64,000 nt of DNA from Carcharhinus longimanus (taxonomy: Eukaryota). Location of the stretch: NCBI GenBank assembly GCA_030264375.1, contig JASCQW010000132.1:70999478-71063477 (forward strand). Reading direction: 5' to 3'. Under the pieces are notes generated by a model, which did not search any database, was not told the DNA's origin, and saw only the letters and a program-made list of their open reading frames with translations. The position numbers were made by a program, and so were the translations under genes. Of the stretch, positions 62,374 to 64,000 are shown piece after piece (within the stretch, counting starts at the first letter, position 1; each line of letters begins with the position of its first letter).

Positions 62374-62498
62374 GGCCCTGATTTTACCAGATGGAGGCCC
62401 TGAAATTGGGGTAGGTGAGGCTCGCAGAATGGCATTCCCCGTTGGCCTCGGGTGTGATTTTACAAGCCCCAGGCAGCCATGCTGGTAAAATCAGGGCC
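62374..62498. mobile_element. 125-bp MITE (PIF/Harbinger type)
   Basis: Perfect 17-bp TIRs GGCCCTGATTTTACCAG / CTGGTAAAATCAGGGCC, 3-bp TSD GTT. Confidence 0.92.
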
Positions 62499-62573
62499 GT
62501 TGTGTAGTGTTATATTACAGATCGTATACTTGAAGTAACTTTAAGATTTAAAAACCTTCTTAATTACGTTTTC

Positions 62574-62830
62574 TGTGGTGACGTGATCCCTTTAAGGGGG
62601 CAATCCTTGAGCCAGATCCTATGGAGAGGCAGCAGAAGAAACCGAGCCAATTGAGAGGAAGGATGTGCGTCCTGGGTCAGGGAGGAACCTCAGTTGAAGC
62701 CAAGGAGGCAAAGATAGTAGACTTGTATATTGCAGTTCTGTCAGAACATTGATTGTACATAGATAAATACTGTTGTTAATGAATCAGTTATAACTTGAAG
62801 CCACAACGAAGACTTTGAAGTTATTATATT
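62574..62830 (+). mobile_element. Putative solo LTR
   Basis: TGTGGTG start, CCCTTTAAGGGG, CCAAT-like box, AT-rich 3' part; no clear CA end or TSD. Confidence 0.4.
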
Positions 62831-62834
62831 TCCT

Positions 62835-62950
62835 ATTTTTTTTAAATGTTTTCACCAGATGTGTGTGTCACTGACAAGGCCAGCACTTGTTGCCCATCTC
62901 CAATTGCCTTTGAGAAGATGGTGGGGAGTTGCCTCATGAACCACCGCAGC
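62835..62950 (-). mobile_element. 3' tail of tRNA-headed-family LINE/SINE
   Basis: GGCCAGCACTTGTTGCCCATCTCCAATTGCCTTTGAGAAGATGGTGG. Confidence 0.75.
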
Positions 62951-64000
62951 CCAATTCACGCAAATGTTGAGCTTCATAAAGAACTTGCAGCCAAGGTATT
63001 GTTTTAACAGCCAATCTGTTCAGTTTTCTTCCCAGTGTTTGTTAAATATAAATTGAGCAAAATAGGAGGCAAAAGGGGTCAATATCCGGTGGGTTAATTA
63101 CATTAAAATCTGTTAAAATGTATTTCAATCAGGTTCATGCCTGTTGTGGGCGTATACCTGATTACGTCATTGACACGAGGCAGTGAAAATTGGATGTTGC
63201 AATCTCACTGGCGAGAGCTGTGACTTCTGGGTTTTGCCACATCTTGAGTCCACGCCATCAATCTGGCAGAAGAAAGAGTGGGTTCAATATCAGAGAAATT
63301 GATGCATGGAGCTTATCAAACTAATTAAAACTCTGGTTGTTCACTTACTCGTTCATTCTAATAAAGAACATTTCTCTGCTAAAGTTTGCAATTTTTACAT
63401 TATTATTTCAGCTATGCGTATAATTTATTGCTTCATATTTAGTTAGGCTTTAAAGGGCCAATTTTTATAACTTTCAATTCATACTTTACATTCATTAACA
63501 TTTCCAAACAAAGAAAAAGTTGCTCTGGTTTAACTTTTGGAACTATAGCAATGTTAACCATGACAATGTCAGTTCTATACATTGCCACTGTTATTTGTTA
63601 TATTTTACCCCAGGACAACAGCATTTATAGTTCCAATGGCACAGAAATCAGCGAGTAGAGTATTTGATCTTATGTTGTACCTTTGCTGGAACCTTGAATT
63701 TAATTCTTACCTCATTTTCAGAGTGAACTCTTTAGTATTAGCCCAGATTTTGCAGACAGTGGTGAGAAAGTTGCACTCACAATGCTGACAGCAGACTTTT
63801 TCTAATCCAGCGTCAATTAGAAAATAGGGGATACGTTGGCTGGAATTCTTCAGCCCTTCCTGCTGGCTGGATTCTCACTGAGAATCCTCACTGAGACACA
63901 CAAAGTCTAGGGCCTGATTTTAACTCTATGTGTGTGAATTAAGTCAGGTGCTATAAATCAGGAACAATAAAGTAGGAATAATAAATTCCATTTAAAATGT

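Overview
Vertebrate nuclear DNA, almost certainly from a shark (probably Carcharhiniformes; inferred from HE1-type SINEs with (TTCTATGA)n tails and HER1/CR1 LINEs), from a gapped scaffold with 8 N-runs. I recognise no intact host protein-coding exon; the window looks like intergenic DNA or a very large intron. Much of it is decayed transposable elements: CR1/HER1 LINEs, a second CR1-clade LINE family, Rex1/Babar, RTE, Penelope-like, a Ty3/Gypsy gag-protease remnant, several PIF/Harbinger remnants (HARBI1-like transposase and intron-containing Myb/SANT genes) with Tourist-like MITEs, and several SINE families. Between them lie repeat-free blocks that resemble conserved non-coding elements. The most notable observation is a LINE that begins with a tRNA-like Pol III head, appears to lack ORF1, and whose head plus tail also occur as a free-standing SINE. 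Also notable are a palindromic element with a hammerhead-ribozyme core, a LINE split by a 4.2-kb SINE-bounded block, and an isolated exact 42-bp duplication. Family names come from recalled motifs, not database searches. Coordinates of decayed elements are approximate.
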